Below, one piece after another: positions 12,870 to 25,989 of a stretch of DNA of 64,000 nt. Made by a program: the position numbers and the translations under genes. The notes under the pieces are model-generated. The model was not told the DNA's origin. It was given only the letters and a program-made list of their open reading frames with translations, and made no database searches. How positions within the stretch are numbered: the stretch's first letter is position 1; the number at the start of each line of letters is the position of its first letter. The DNA is from Octopus vulgaris (taxonomy: Eukaryota), in the NCBI GenBank assembly GCA_951406725.2, contig OX597824.1, positions 56,544,001 to 56,608,000 of the forward strand, written 5' to 3'.

Positions 12870-13200
12870 AGTCAAAAAGTGCAGCCACCCCAAATACGGG
12901 ACTTATTTAAGACACAATGTAAAAACTCAAATCAGGACAGATTTTTTCCATAAAAAATTATTTCACATGTTCCTCAAGGAATTTAATATACGCTATCAAA
13001 TGAAGATTACATAGGTCAAACAAAGATTACTCTAAGAAATAGACTGACTATTCACCAACAACAAATATGTGACCCCAGTACCAGACAGATTCCAATGAGT
13101 GGACACATAGAAATGCATGTGCAAAGAATGTCTGAAATTCCAGGTCTTCCCACTCTACCTATGTTCATACAAAAGTACAAACCAAGACTTAACAAACTTT
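12870..13200 (+). mobile_element. Penelope-like GIY-YIG endonuclease remnant
   Basis: FTCSSRNLIYAIK..YIGQTKITLRNRLTIHQQQI at about 12961-13070. Confidence 0.75.
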
Positions 13201-13580
13201 AACAGAGTATATACACAAATAACCATTCACACAGTAAACTCATTCTTCCACATCGGGAAGATTGATGAAGGAGAATTGGATGAAGTAAGCTATTTTAGAT
13301 AAGTACATACAGGTACTTAAGGAAAAGGTTACAACTTTGGTCTAATACCCACGAAGTAATAAATTGGCATCAAATACGAAAGTAGAAACAAATTTATACA
13401 AATTAACTGTTTTAAACAAGACCCTTTTGTTCACAAGAAACAACTCGAATCTTAGAGAAGAAATTAACATCATTTTAACAAAAATGCCGACTATTATAAG
13501 GCACTCAGCAAAGCTGGGTACAGCTAGAAGTGGGTTTTTCAATTACAAGAACTAAATGTCAGAGGGGAACGGGATAAATT

Positions 13581-14070
13581 TGTAGTGACGCTACTGTGTA
13601 AGTTTCAGCGCACATGCGCAGAATTGGATTGCTTTCGGTAGGCCGCCGGAAGTTTCCGCATGCACATGCGCAGGAACTGCAACCTGAAAGCGTACCCCAT
13701 AAATTGGTCTTTTTGGAAGAGCAGCTCTAACGAGCGGACGTGACAAAAGCTTCTCTCAGGGAAAACCCTGGACATAGAGAAGCTCTCTTCGAAGCAGGAA
13801 TGGAGACCGTATTCTTCTTGGCTCACCCGAGTGAACATTTGTAAACAGTCCTGTGGACTTGGCTGCCGGTTCCCCCTTAAGAAATATATGTCTAAATTTA
13901 ACCTGTGAACCCGAAGAATAAAGTGTTATTGAAGACAGCCAGATTTTTGGTTCCTTTTCTTCGACTATTGTATGTGACAAGATAAGACCAGACACCTGTC
14001 AAGTGTTCCTGAAACTCTCATCTTGTTACATTATTACCTGCCTCAACTTACTATAAAAGCAGGTCGTAAT
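13581..14070 (+). promoter_or_regulatory. Promoter-like or LTR-like non-coding segment
   Basis: GCGCACATGCGCA (13608), CCGGAAGT (13646), GCACATGCGCA (13662), AATAAA near 13917 and TATAAAAG near 14052. No matching TSD was found. Confidence 0.3.
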
Positions 14071-14355
14071 TTTTCCTTGTACTTATTCTTATTTTCTTGT
14101 TGATAGTTTTCTCTGTGTTTTTTGGTTGGTGAATTGCTGCGGTGAGTTGTTATTGTTATTTGTTTAAAAAGAACTTTTATTGCATTTTTGGAAGCGGATT
14201 GTTTAAATTACACCCCTCCCCCCCCCATCCTGCAGGGGAATTATTGTTGAACTGTGTGGCTTGAAGCCAATTCAGTAAGGCGTAAGCCCAAAGTTTTGTG
14301 TTCGGCGTTTTGCCGCAAATTGCATTTTGTTATAAAAAAAAGAGAGAAGGGAAAC

Positions 14356-15506
14356 ATGGACTCACCATTAATTTCAAGCAACTCACCTGATTATGGATAT
14401 GCCTGTTTTTGTAACAGGTGAAAAGGAGGTATCACTGGCGGTGAGACGGAAAAAAGGAAACTCAGTTAAACACTGAGATAAATAATCTACAGAGATTTAT
14501 GTCAATGCTCAAAAAGGAGGAGACCGAGATAAAAGTAGCCCATCAGGAAGAAAGAACAGACCAAGTCAACAAGATTCTGTACAAATCATATAACATAAGC
14601 AAAAAAAGAATCTTCAAAACCGAGGAAAAAATAGTAGAGAAATGCCTCAGACCTATTTGGTCTGAGATCACATACATCAACCTAGGTAAAAGATTCGGAA
14701 CTGTTGAAGCCAGAGGAAGTAGCCAGGCAGTACTCCTTGGAGACCCTAAGAACGGAGGAAGTGGTTCTTCTCCCCGTATATATGAGAAGAAGAACATCAA
14801 AAGTAAAAATTAATAACATTCCACCGGAAGTCGATGCTACCTGTTTAGGGGCAGCTATCGTCATGGGCCCGGAGGAAAAAATAACGATTCTCCAGGCCTC
14901 AGAAGAAAAAGAAGAGAACTGGAAGAGATAATGCCTGACAATGTTAATACAAGCAGAAGTCCCAACCCTTGAGGAAATAGCAGAAATTATAAATGTCAGC
15001 AAAGAAAAATTAAAAGTTTTTGTAGAAGGAAGAAAACCAAGGTGCTTTAACTGCGGTTTAAAGGGCCACATAAGGTCGGAGTGCAAACCAAAAGAAAATC
15101 AAGTAGAAGAAATAGAAGAATTAGCAACTGAAACACCAACACCGAAAGAAAATACAACACTGATACCAACAGAAGAGAGCGAAGATAGCGACAGAAAGGA
15201 GGGGTGGTCGACTATGTTCAAAAAAAAAAAGAAGAAAAAAACTCAGACCGCCCCTACCAAATTGAACAAGAAAATGAGAATACATATATGGTCATCAAAG
15301 CATCAAATAACAGATTAATCAATCGGTTGGCAGCTATTTCATGTGCCAAACGTGTTGAAAAAACAACTTCTAACGACTTTCTCAATTACAGGATAGGTCG
15401 GAAGGATTACGGACGGATTAAGTCCGAATTCTTCCACGACATAGGCCCTGTCAGGATGGATTTTTCTCCCTACATTTATGACAGCCTACATCCAAATTCC
15501 CTATGA
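14356..15506 (+). pseudogene. Tx1-type ORF1 (Gag-like, CCHC), with stops and frameshifts
   Basis: Pieced from ORFs 14499..14813, 14704..14931, 14941..15318 and 15204..15506. Confidence 0.8.
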
Positions 15507-16198
15507 ACCCAAGAAAAGGAGAGAAAAAAAAGAACACCAGAACGAAGAAACCTCGAACCACTGATATAGAGATAAGTACTGTTGAACATTCATGCTGGTT
15601 GTTTAAATGTATGTGGCCTGGTGTCGTGTAATTTGGATGTTATTGTTGCTACAGAAACTCGGTTAAGGGGGCCAAGAGATCTGCTCCCACCGTTGGATGG
15701 CTACGAGAGTATTCCTCTCCAGGCTGTCCTTCTAGTGGAAGCGGGGTGTTGGTCCTGTTAAAAAAAAACGGGTTTCTGAGAAAAAGTCAATTTTTTCTGA
15801 TCCAGAATGGATTTGACGTTCAGCCGTGGTAAATTTATCAGACTGGTTGCAATTTATGCACCCACGACAACTGGGCAAAGTGAATATTTTCAGAATCTGG
15901 AGAAGTTTCTTGGTACATCACATCCTTTAGTTGTGCTAGGAGACTATCTACTAGGCACGTGTAGATTATGTTGGTTTGTGTACAGATAGAAGAAGTAAAT
16001 CCTTGCTTCCTGGAACTGCTAAACCGCTTTGAGCTTTGACGCTCCATTGTGGACAGGGTCAAATAGCGATGGATCTTCCACGTCATACCTAGATAGAGTG
16101 TTAATTAGAGAAGCAGATAGAAATATAGCTAGGTGCCCACAGTTTCACCCAGTCAGCTACAGTGATCATAAAATGGTCACCTGTAAGCTTGATATAGA

Positions 16199-16418
16199 TG
16201 TTACACATTCATATCTATGTGTTTACGTATGCCAAACTACATCTCCACTCTTGGCACTATTTTGTTAGTGAACAGTACAACTGTGTGTAAAGTATATAAT
16301 GTATCACTACGCTGAATGTAGAGTCCGTGTAACATGAGAAGTCAATAAACACGTTAAAACAATAACAATGGTTTTCATTTGGTTGTCTATCCCATTAGAA
16401 CCCAAACTACACATAACA
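16199..16418 (+). repeat. 5' LTR
   Basis: TGTTACAC...CATAACA with an internal AATAAA. Direct repeat of 19415-19634. Confidence 0.97.
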
Positions 16419-16431
16419 TAGTGGCAGCGGT
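16419..16431 (+). promoter_or_regulatory. Primer binding site, tRNA-Leu type
   Basis: TAGTGGCAGCGGT differs at one base from TGGTGGCAGCGGT, the complement of the tRNA-Leu(AAG/TAG) 3' end ...ACCGCTGCCACCA. Confidence 0.8.
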
Positions 16432-16542
16432 AAAAAATTAAACGGAAACTGTGCCTTTACAACAAATCAGAAACGCAACGAACCAGGAAATTAACAAACA
16501 AAACATCGCTTCGTCTTCGGACAACATACACGACTATCCAAG

Positions 16543-19247
16543 ATGGCGACCCCCGTCACCGTACAGATGAATCTACATCCGATTATGGATTGGGACTCCG
16601 ATGATATTTTGGAAGCATTTAAAAAGTTTAAACAGAAAACCCAACTAGCTTTCAAAAGTTTCCTGAAAGGCACAACTGATGATGAGAAGGTAAGCTATAT
16701 CCTTTTATGGTCAGGTAATAAAGGAATAGACCTATTCAATAGCTGGGATATGTCAGAATCGGACTGCAATAACCCAGACACACTTCTTGAGAAATTTGAA
16801 AGGCACCTAGAGCCCAGGTCGAACCATAGAATTCACAGATGCGAATTCCAGGGCCTGAAACAAGACCCACAAGAAACAATTGACAATTTCCTGTCAAGAC
16901 TGAAAAATGTTGCAAAGAAATGCAAATTCAAAGACAGGGAGGAGAGAATTGTAGACCAATTAATATGGGGGTGTACCCACAAAGAAGTACAAAAATCACT
17001 AATAGTTGGTAGAAGCAGTAGACACTGCAAGAGCATTCGAAGCCACTACCAAACAGATGGCCTCACTTAGCTTACAAACAAGCTCACTGGGTAGCAGTGT
17101 AGCTGTTGTATCCAGGAACAGGACACATACCCACAAGCAAAGAACATGCCAGTACTGTGGTACAGAGCATGAATTTAATAACCGGAAAAAATGTCCTGCA
17201 TTCGGTACACACTGCAAAACATGTGGAAAACTTAACCACTGGGAAAAAATGTGTAGGGTAACAAAATCCCAGAGATACAAGCCCCAATTTTCAAAGAGGA
17301 GCAGAAATAAAAGAAGAGATATACATGCACAACAACAGGAACAAAACACCTCAGAGGATGAATTCTTGGCAGTCGGCACAATAAATGTGCATGAGATGGG
17401 AAAGAACGACCGGAAGAAAGAAGATGAGGCATACACGACAATAAGAATACAGAAGAAGTCTGGCAGGAAACGAACAAACATAGACTTAAGGCTAAAGATT
17501 GACACTGGAGCCCAGAGTAATATCTTGCCTGTCAACCTCTACAAAAAGATGTTCCCAGAACACATAGCAAATGAGGATAAAGTCAAACAAGGAATCCTCA
17601 CACCAGGTGATGTGGTCCTCACTGCGTACAGAGGTACCAGGATTCCACAACTGGGGAAAACAACGATTAGGGGGACACACAAAGGGAAAACAATCGAGTG
17701 TACATTTTATGTCACAAGAACAGAAGGCCCAGCAATTCTTGGACTCGATACCTGCAGGAGGTTAAATATTGTGTCGGTCAATGCTGAAGTGAAAGCAGCT
17801 CCAAGCAGGATTGACAGTGATATGCCTATCAAAGACCGACCACCAATCACAAACAAACAGGAGATGGAAGGACTAAGCAGAAAGGTCCACCACATTGTAA
17901 ATGTGACAACCACAAAGCTAGTGGAAATCAAAGAGGAGACCAGCAAAGATGAAGAACTTCAGCTCCTTACTCAGATGGTGATTCAGGGGTGGCCAGAAAA
18001 GAGACATCAGGTGCAGCTCCTAATTCGTGAATATTGGGCCATCCATGATGATATATCAGTGGAGAATGGAATCCTAATGGCTGGATCCCGAATCATTATA
18101 CCCAAGTCAATGCAAAGGGAGATTCTTGACAAGATCCACCAAGGGCATCTAAGAATGGAAAAATGCAAGCTCCGAGCCAAGTCAGCAGTATATTGGGTAG
18201 GCATGTACAAAGACATAGAAAAGACAGTTTCTACATGCCGCATCTGCCAAAAGTACAGAAACACAACAAAAGGAGGAAATGATACATAGTGACATCCCAA
18301 GAAGGCCATGGCAAACTATTGGAGTAGATCTATTCACAGAGGGCCAAGAATGGTATTTAATAATGGCCTGCTACTACTCCAAATTTCCATTTGTGAGAAA
18401 AGTGAAAGACCTGATAGCCAAAACAATCACTACAGTGGCTCGAGGACTCCTAGCAGAGCAAAGAATACCAGAGCAGATCATATGTGACAATGGAACCCAG
18501 TTCACATCACAAGAATTCAAAAAGCTAGCCGATGAGTATGGGTTCAATATTACAACTTCATCTCCACACTACCCCAAAGGTCATGGGTTTATAGAAAGAC
18601 AGGTGCAGACAGTGAAGAGAACACTAGTCAAATGCCGAGAGACTAAGGAAGACCCACACATGGCACTTCTTTCCCTACGAGCGACACAACTGAGAGCTGA
18701 TATGAAATCCCCAGCAGAATTGCTGAATGGCAGGAAGTACAAAACTACCCTGCCAACTAAGATCCATCCAATTGACCAGGAAGAAATAAGGGCAAAGTTA
18801 GCAGCCACTCAAGAACAATCTCAGAGATATTACAACAAATATGCACAATATTTACCTGAGATACTTGGAGGACAACATGTGCATACTCAAGATCCCATAA
18901 CTAAAACATGGATCCCAGCAAAGGTTGTCAGTAGAGCTGAAACTCCAAGATCGTATATAATAGAAACGGAATCTGGTAGGCAGCTGAGACGCAACAGGGC
19001 CCACATCCGCCCAACACCAGAGCTGTCGAGGAAAACGTGTACAACACCTGCTGCATTGGTGACAACACCCACAGAATCATCACCCCAATGTGCCCCAACC
19101 ACCTATCAGCAGCCCAACAACACACCTCAGACACCCGTGCGAAGCACAAGATCCACCAGATGGAGAAATAACATTCTGCCACCGGTTCGAAAAAAAGTGA
19201 AAGACCTGTTAAAGAAAAAGTTAAAGAAAAAAAAGAAAAGAAAATGA
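16543..19247 (+). pseudogene. gag-protease-integrase polyprotein in three frameshifted pieces
   Basis: Gag (FERHLEP, QDPQETIDNFLSRLK), knuckles CQYCGTEH..C and CKTCGKLNHWEKMC, protease LKIDTGAQSNIL, integrase zinc finger HQGH..CRIC and DDE core (GVDLF, CDNGTQF, GFIERQV). Confidence 0.92.
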
Positions 19248-19414
19248 AAAGAGAAGTATCTAATTCAGCTAGACTACAAAGCAGAGGCAGAATAATCTCA
19301 CGACTTCTGCTGTAGGATTGCCACCTCAGGCTGACAATCCATATAGCAAGGGAGACTACTCATAGTTGTCTTCACTGCCATAAGACCCCTTTATTTTTTT
19401 TCAAGAAGAAGGGA

Positions 19415-19634
19415 TGTTACACATTCATATCTATGTGTTTACGTATGCCAAACTACATCTCCACTCTTGGCACTATTTTGTTAGTGAACAGTGCAACTGT
19501 GTGTAAAGTACATAATGTATCACTACGCTGAATGTAGAGTCCGTGTAACATGAGAAGTCAATAAACACGTTAAAACAATAACAATGGTTTTCATTTGGTT
19601 GTCTATCCCATTAGAACCCAAACTACACATAACA
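19415..19634 (+). repeat. 3' LTR
   Basis: Direct repeat of the 5' LTR, preceded by a polypurine tract. Confidence 0.97.
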
Positions 19635-21596
19635 ATAGATAAGCTACATAATAGAGGCTCCGGCTACTGGAAACATATGTCCCTTTTGGCGATCAGGGAG
19701 TACAGAGACTGGATTAAGTTGTTGATTCAGGGGCATTAACCGGTTCCATTATTTATAAGAAATGGTGGTATGCCCTCAAGCGAGCATATCTCCATCTTAT
19801 ACAGTACACTTTAGAGGGGTTTAATAGTGATTCTGGCAAGGACGGCGTACTGGTCCATTTAGACCAATCTAAGGCATTTGATAGGGTTGCCATCGCTACC
19901 TGGAGTCCGTTCTGGTGCAGTTCGGTCTGGGTCTTGGCTTCCTCAGGTGGATAATTCAGATTTATGACAATATTGACTCGGTAGTTCAGGTGAACGGCTT
20001 CTTATCGAGGCCGTTCAACATCAAACGCTCAATTCGTCAAGGGTATCCGCTCTCCCCGCTTTTGTATGCAATTGACCTTGAGCCATTACTGCGAAAATTG
20101 AGCAGCATCCCGAGACAACCAGGTTGTGGAAAGTCAGTTTCAGCTTACGCGGATGACATCAACATCATCGAAACTGAAATGGATCACCTACAGAGGGTAG
20201 GAAAGGCCATTAAGGTTTACGAGATGATGGCAGGAGCAAAAGTTAATCGAGAAAAGTCAGTCGGCTTGCAGCTCGGCACCTGAAGAGCGTCGTGGGACAT
20301 TGGACAGAGGGTCCAATTAAAGTTGCTAGGAGTTTAGTTTGGACCAGACCTACAAATAGAGAACTGGGCCGATGTATCGAGCAGGGTGACCCACATAATC
20401 AAGACCTGGTCTTGGCGGTGGCTATCCTTGAAACGGAGTGCGGAGGTAGCCAATGTGCTTACCGCATCGGTTATCACCTACCGCCTAGCCGTCGTTCCTT
20501 GCCATGATTCATGGTTGATCAAGCTGGAAAGACAGCTTTTCCACTCCTTGTAGAAGGGCTTGAAACTACTTGTGAGCTAGGGATGACTTCGCTATTGATG
20601 AGCAGACATGCGCTGAGGTTGAGACATCTGTGGCCCTACCTGGATGGTGAATGGGTGTGGTCTCCACTGGCGAAGCGGATGTTTCTAGTTGGTTCTATCA
20701 CTAGTTGGTTCTATCGAAGTTGGGTAAATGGTTTACGGAGTGTCGCAAGGCTCTCCTGCTATTCCGTTGCTCGGGCAATGCCACCGGTGGAGGTTCCACC
20801 GCATTCTTTTACAGAGGGCTTGTAGAGGTGGAATGTGACGTAACCTTAGGGGAAGCCCTAGATCTCAACGATAATCAGTTGGCCAGTCTGTTCTGATGTA
20901 CATTCGGGTCGAAAACCCTGGACAACTTTCAGAAGTCTCTGGCATGGCAGAGGAGCCTTACCTGTTCGGGACAAGCTCACCAGGCATAGAGGCCACGGCC
21001 CTTCGACCATTCCAAGATGTGAGCAGGATAGAGAAACCGTCCCGCACGCTATTGTTCAGTGTTTGGAGGTGTCAGACATGTGTGTTTATGCTGAACAACT
21101 GTTGTCAAGTGCAGGAAGAGTACAGCTATTGACTGAGTCAATAGTAAGAATTGACCTGCCTCATTTCCTTTCGAAAGCAGGTTAGAATTGTTTTCTCATT
21201 TGTTGTAGCAATTGCGAAAGAGGTGATTTGGAAGATGAGGCTGAAAGGATTAAAGTCTGACACTTTCATCTCTGGCTCTTGAATTGGAAGATAGGGCTAG
21301 AGAAAAAAATGCCTGACTTTGAAAATGTTTGAAAATCAATGGAAGAATGTAGCATGTATGTTGCGCGTGCATGTAACCTCATGAATGCGACGCAGGACGT
21401 ATCTCAGGAATCAGTGGCGAGGCGGGTCTCAAGGGGTACGAAATGAACCTGCCTCCCCACTCCATCCGTAATGTCTTCTGGTCTATCCTATCATTCGATT
21501 TATTTATCTTCTATTTTGTGAATTTTCTTCCATCTGACCCCACTCAGATTGTGTTATCCTTTTCTGTGTGGGAAATAAAAAATCAACTTATTCTTA

Positions 21597-24341
21597 GTGC
21601 AAGTTTCCTGTTGTCGGTACTGGTGATAGTTTTCTCTGTGTTTTGTTTGGTTGATGAATTGCTGCGGTGAGTTGTTATTGTTATTTGTTAAAAAAGAACT
21701 GTTATTGGTTTTTTGGAAGCGGATTGTTTCAATTCCACCTTGCGGGGGAATTATTGTCGAACTGTGTGGCTTTAAGCCAATTCTGTAGGGTGTAAGCCCA
21801 AATTTTTGTGTTCTGCATTTTGCCGAAATTGTATTCTATATATATTTATATATATATAAAGCAACATCATGGAGTCGCCACTGAGTTCAATGTACTCCAT
21901 AGATAATTCAATATTGGATATGCCTGTTTCTGTAACAGGCGTAGAAGAGAAAATACCAGCAGTGTCATAAAAAAAAAGTTAAACTTGTAGAGGCAGCAGG
22001 AAAGAAGGAAAGAGAAATCAATACTGAAATGAAAAATTGGAAAAAGTTAACGTTAAAAAAGGAGGGGATGGAAATACAAGTAGCCCCTCCAACAGAAGCA
22101 GTAGTAGAAGTAAACAAGAAAAGAATTATTTATAAAACCTACATCATGGAAAAAAAGCAAATCGATTAAATGGAAGAAAAATTAGTGGAAAAATGCCTAA
22201 AGCCTATATAGGCAGATATTACCTACATGACAAGAGGAAAACGGTTTCGAACAGTTGAAGTGAGATTCACATCAGAGGAGATGGCCAGGCGGCATTTCTC
22301 TGAAACTCTGAGAACTGAAGCGGTGGTTCTTCCCATATATATAGGAAGAAGAAAATCGAAAGTAAAAATCACTAATATTCCTCCAAGCTGCTTGGCTTGT
22401 GGCAGCCATAATAATAAACCAAGAGGAAGAAATCTCCATTCTCCAGGCATCAGTGGTGAGAGAAGTGAACTGGAAGGGACAATGCCTAAACATGTTGATT
22501 CAGGCAGAAGTTCCCACGCTGGAAGAAATTCCAGAAATAATAAATTTCGGAGAAGAGAGGCTGATTGTCTTCGTAGAAGGCAGGAGGCTAAGATGTTTCA
22601 ACTGCAGGCGAAATATAAGGTCCGAATGCCAACCCCAAAAAACAAAAGTGCAAGAAGAAAAGGAAGGAGAAAAAGCAGTGATTGTGGAAGTGTCATCTAC
22701 ATCAACAGAGACAACACTACTACCAGCAAAACCAGTAGAAAATTGTGAAGATAAAGAAAAAGAGGACTGTTTTTAAAAAAAAAGGAGAAAACTGAGACCA
22801 CACCTACCAAACTGAAAATAAGTGAGAAAAATGGAAAAGTAAAAGACTAATTATATGGCCATCAAGGCAACAAATAGTAGACTAATCAACCGTTTGTCAG
22901 CTATTTCATCTGCTAAACGGGTGGAAAACAAATCATCGAAAGACTTTCTCATTTACAGGATAGGCCGGAAGGATTACGGACGGATTAAGTTCGAATTTTT
23001 CCACGATGCTTAGGATGGATTTTCTACCCTATGAGTTGTATAAGAGTATGCCAGACTTGTTCAGGCACCTGCTGGCGAAGGTCTATGCAGAACCGGTTTA
23101 TTTCCAGATCTGTTTGCCGGGGAGTGGTGACGCTTGTCAGAAGGGCCCCGGACAAGGTGTATTCCGTTAATTTTCAGCCCAGCACTCTGCTAAACACAGA
23201 GTTGAAGATTTTTAGCCAAAGTGTTATCGAAAATATTGGCGCGTGTAGCGGATAGTCTGATCGGGGGGCACAGACATGTGCCGTTCCCGGCAGAACCATC
23301 CAGGATAATCTCCATCTTATACAGTACACTTTAGCGGGGTTTAATAGGGATTCTGGCAAGGGTGGGGCACTGGTCCATTTAGATCAATCTAAGGCATTTG
23401 ATAGGGTTGACCATTGCTACCTGGTGTCCGTTCTGGCGCAGTTCGACTTCCTCAGGTGGATAATTCAGATTTATGACAATATCGACTCGGTAGTTTGGGT
23501 AAACGGCTTCTTATCGAGGCCGTTCAACATCAAATGCTGGGTTCGTCAAGGATGTCCGCTCACCCCACTTTTCTACGTAATGGTTCTTGAGCCATTACTG
23601 TGAAGATTGAGCAGCATCCCGAGACAGCCAGGTTGTGGAAAGTCGGTTTCAGGTTACGCGGATGACATCAACATCATCATAACCAAAATGGATCACCTAC
23701 AATCTTAGGTAGGAAAGGGCATAAAAGTTAACGAGATGGAGATAGGAGCAAAAGTTAATTGAGAAAAGTCAGTTGGCTTGCAGCTCGGCACCTGGAGAGG
23801 CAAGTCGATGCCACCAGACAGTGTCATAGGACATTGGACGGAGGGTCCGATTAAATTGCTAGGAGTTTAGTTTGGACCAGACCTACAAATAGAGAACTGT
23901 GCCGAGGAATCAAGGCAACAAATAGTCTTGGCGGTGGCTATCCCTGAAAGGAAGAGCGGAGGTAGCCAATGTGTTTATCGCATTGGTTATCACCTACTGC
24001 CTAACCATCGTTCCTTGCCCTGATTCGTGGTTGATCAAGTTGGAAAGACAGCTCTTCCACTTTTTGTGGAAGGGCTTGAAAGCGCTTGTGAGACGCTCTA
24101 TTTGCTGCCACAACCGTTAAAGGGTGGGCTAGGGATGACTTCTCTATTGATATGCAGACGTGCGCTGAGGTTGAGGCATCTATGGCTCTACCTGGATGGT
24201 GAATAGGTGTGGTCTCCACTGGTGAAACGGATGTTTCCCAAGTTTTGGTGGACGGGAATCTTGGTTCTGTTGAAGGCTGAAGTTGGGTACATGGTTTACG
24301 GAGTGTTGCAAGGCTCTCCTGCTATTTTGTCGCTCGGGCAA
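21597..24341 (+). mobile_element. Tx1/L1-group LINE copy B, internally deleted and 3'-truncated
   Basis: 5' UTR matches copy A (tgatagttttctctgtg..gaattgctgcggtgagttgttattg). ORF1 remnant 21870-23030 runs directly into the RT region (LLNTELKI, DQSKAFDRV, RQGCPL, YADDI), so the endonuclease part is missing. Confidence 0.88.
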
Positions 24342-25814
24342 TACAAGTCTATTGTTGTAGACTGGAAAATAAAGAATTTTTGATTTGCAAATTTGTACAT
24401 ATTTTCATGCTTATTTGCAATATTTTATGCCTTTTGATTTTCTTAGTATGTTTGTGATTTCAGTGAACTCTTTCTTAAATATAATCTCATCATTGAGAAA
24501 ACACAGATATACCCAAGAGATAATAATCCGAAAAGTGATTGGCAGAAAAATGAAATGTCACAAGTGTGTGAATAATTAATTTACTGGAAAACAAGAAATT
24601 TTTGATTTGCAAATTTGTACATATTTACATGCTTATTTGTAATACTTGTGCCATTGAGATTTCTCAGAATAGTTGTGAACCCTTTGATAAATATAATCTT
24701 CTCATCAATATATATTTACACAACAGATATTAATCTGAAAAGGATTTGTCAGAAAAAAAGAAAAGTTACAAGTGTATAGCCATAGACTGAAGAACAAGAA
24801 ACTTTTCCTTTGCGTATTTGCATGCTTATTTGCAATATTTTGCAACTTTCAGTTTTCTAAGAACTGTTGTGATTTCAGTGATTTCAGCTAAATATATCCT
24901 TTTCATCTCAGATAACATATATTTACACAACAGATAATAATCCAAAAATTGTTTTCAGAAAAATGAAAAGTCACAAATGTCATATTATTTACATAAATGT
25001 TCTACTTTTTCGTCACCTTTGGGATCACTAAGATTGTTGTGCAGCCTGTAAGGACTCCGCTATAGGCAGCAACTGTATGAGCATTTCTACTTTCTTGCAG
25101 AGTATGTTAGTGAGGCAGTAACTTCACTTTGATCACTTGCCTTCTTGCACTGGTAGCAAATTGTTTCAAGGGTTCAGCTGCCTAGTCTCTTGTGATGTGC
25201 AAACTGCAACACCTAAAATATTGTTCTTTAAACAGTCATGGCTACTCCATGAAGTTTCTTCTCTCCTTAATCATTAATTGCCACCCAATGCTGTAGATTT
25301 CCATAGCTGCCATCAACACTGCATTTCTCTCTGTGTTTCATGTCAGAAGACAGGCTTGATTGATTTCTGTCACATACATGTCCATCTGCCCTCCCATCCA
25401 CTCCACATTTCCTAATTTGGTAAAAATACAGTGTGCGAACCTTCTGTGAATGCATCCCTTAATTTTAATTTGATCTTCTCTTAGTCTGCTTTGTCCATTT
25501 CAAGATGTGTTTCACTCTAAAAACAGAGAGCCAGGAGACCTACCACATTACAGCCTGGCCAACATATTAATTTTCTGAATCCAGTGTGATAACATCTTTG
25601 CCACAGGGTGGGGGGAAGGAAAAATGCACAAGGGCCAAAGTAGCTTGTGGTATGGGTCCAGCTGGGATATATCTGTAGGAACAACAATCCCTGACCAAAA
25701 GACATCCATACTAGTCATCCTACCACTCACATGTCCTCCCTTGCTCCTCTCTTTCCAGCAAGGTTCCTCAGCTGTTTCCATAGCATAACTGACCTATACT
25801 TCCAGCCCTCCTCA

Positions 25815-25960
25815 TGTGTGTATAAAGAAGCTTGCTTCCAAACCACATGGTTCTGGATTCAGTCCCATTGCATGACACCTTGGGCAAATGTCTTCTACTA
25901 TAGCCTCAGGCCGATCAAAGCCTTGTGAGTATATTTGGAAGATGGAAACCGAAAGAACCA
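25815..25960 (+). mobile_element. SINE fragment
   Basis: Homologous to 12015-12130 (ttcagtccca..ccttgggcaa.tgtcttctactatagcctc). Confidence 0.75.
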
Positions 25961-25989
25961 TATCAGAGGATAGCACCAGTGTGTTGGCT

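Larger units (their letters stand above)
16199..19634 (+). mobile_element. Ty3/Gypsy-type LTR retrotransposon lacking RT-RNase H
   Basis: 220-bp LTRs at 16199-16418 and 19415-19634 (TG..CA, 2 mismatches), TSD ATAGA at 16194-16198 and 19635-19639, PBS, and PPT AAGAAGAAGGGA at 19403-19414. Confidence 0.97.
14092..21585 (+). mobile_element. Tx1/L1-group LINE copy A, degenerate and interrupted by an LTR element
   Basis: ORF1 remnant with zinc knuckle CFNCGLKGHIRSEC. APE endonuclease motifs (AIYAP, SYLDRVL, YSDHKMV) and RT motifs (DQSKAFDRV, RQGYPLSPLLY, AYADDI). Pyrimidine-rich 3' UTR with AATAAA. Flanked by ACTTATTCTTA direct repeats. Confidence 0.9.
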
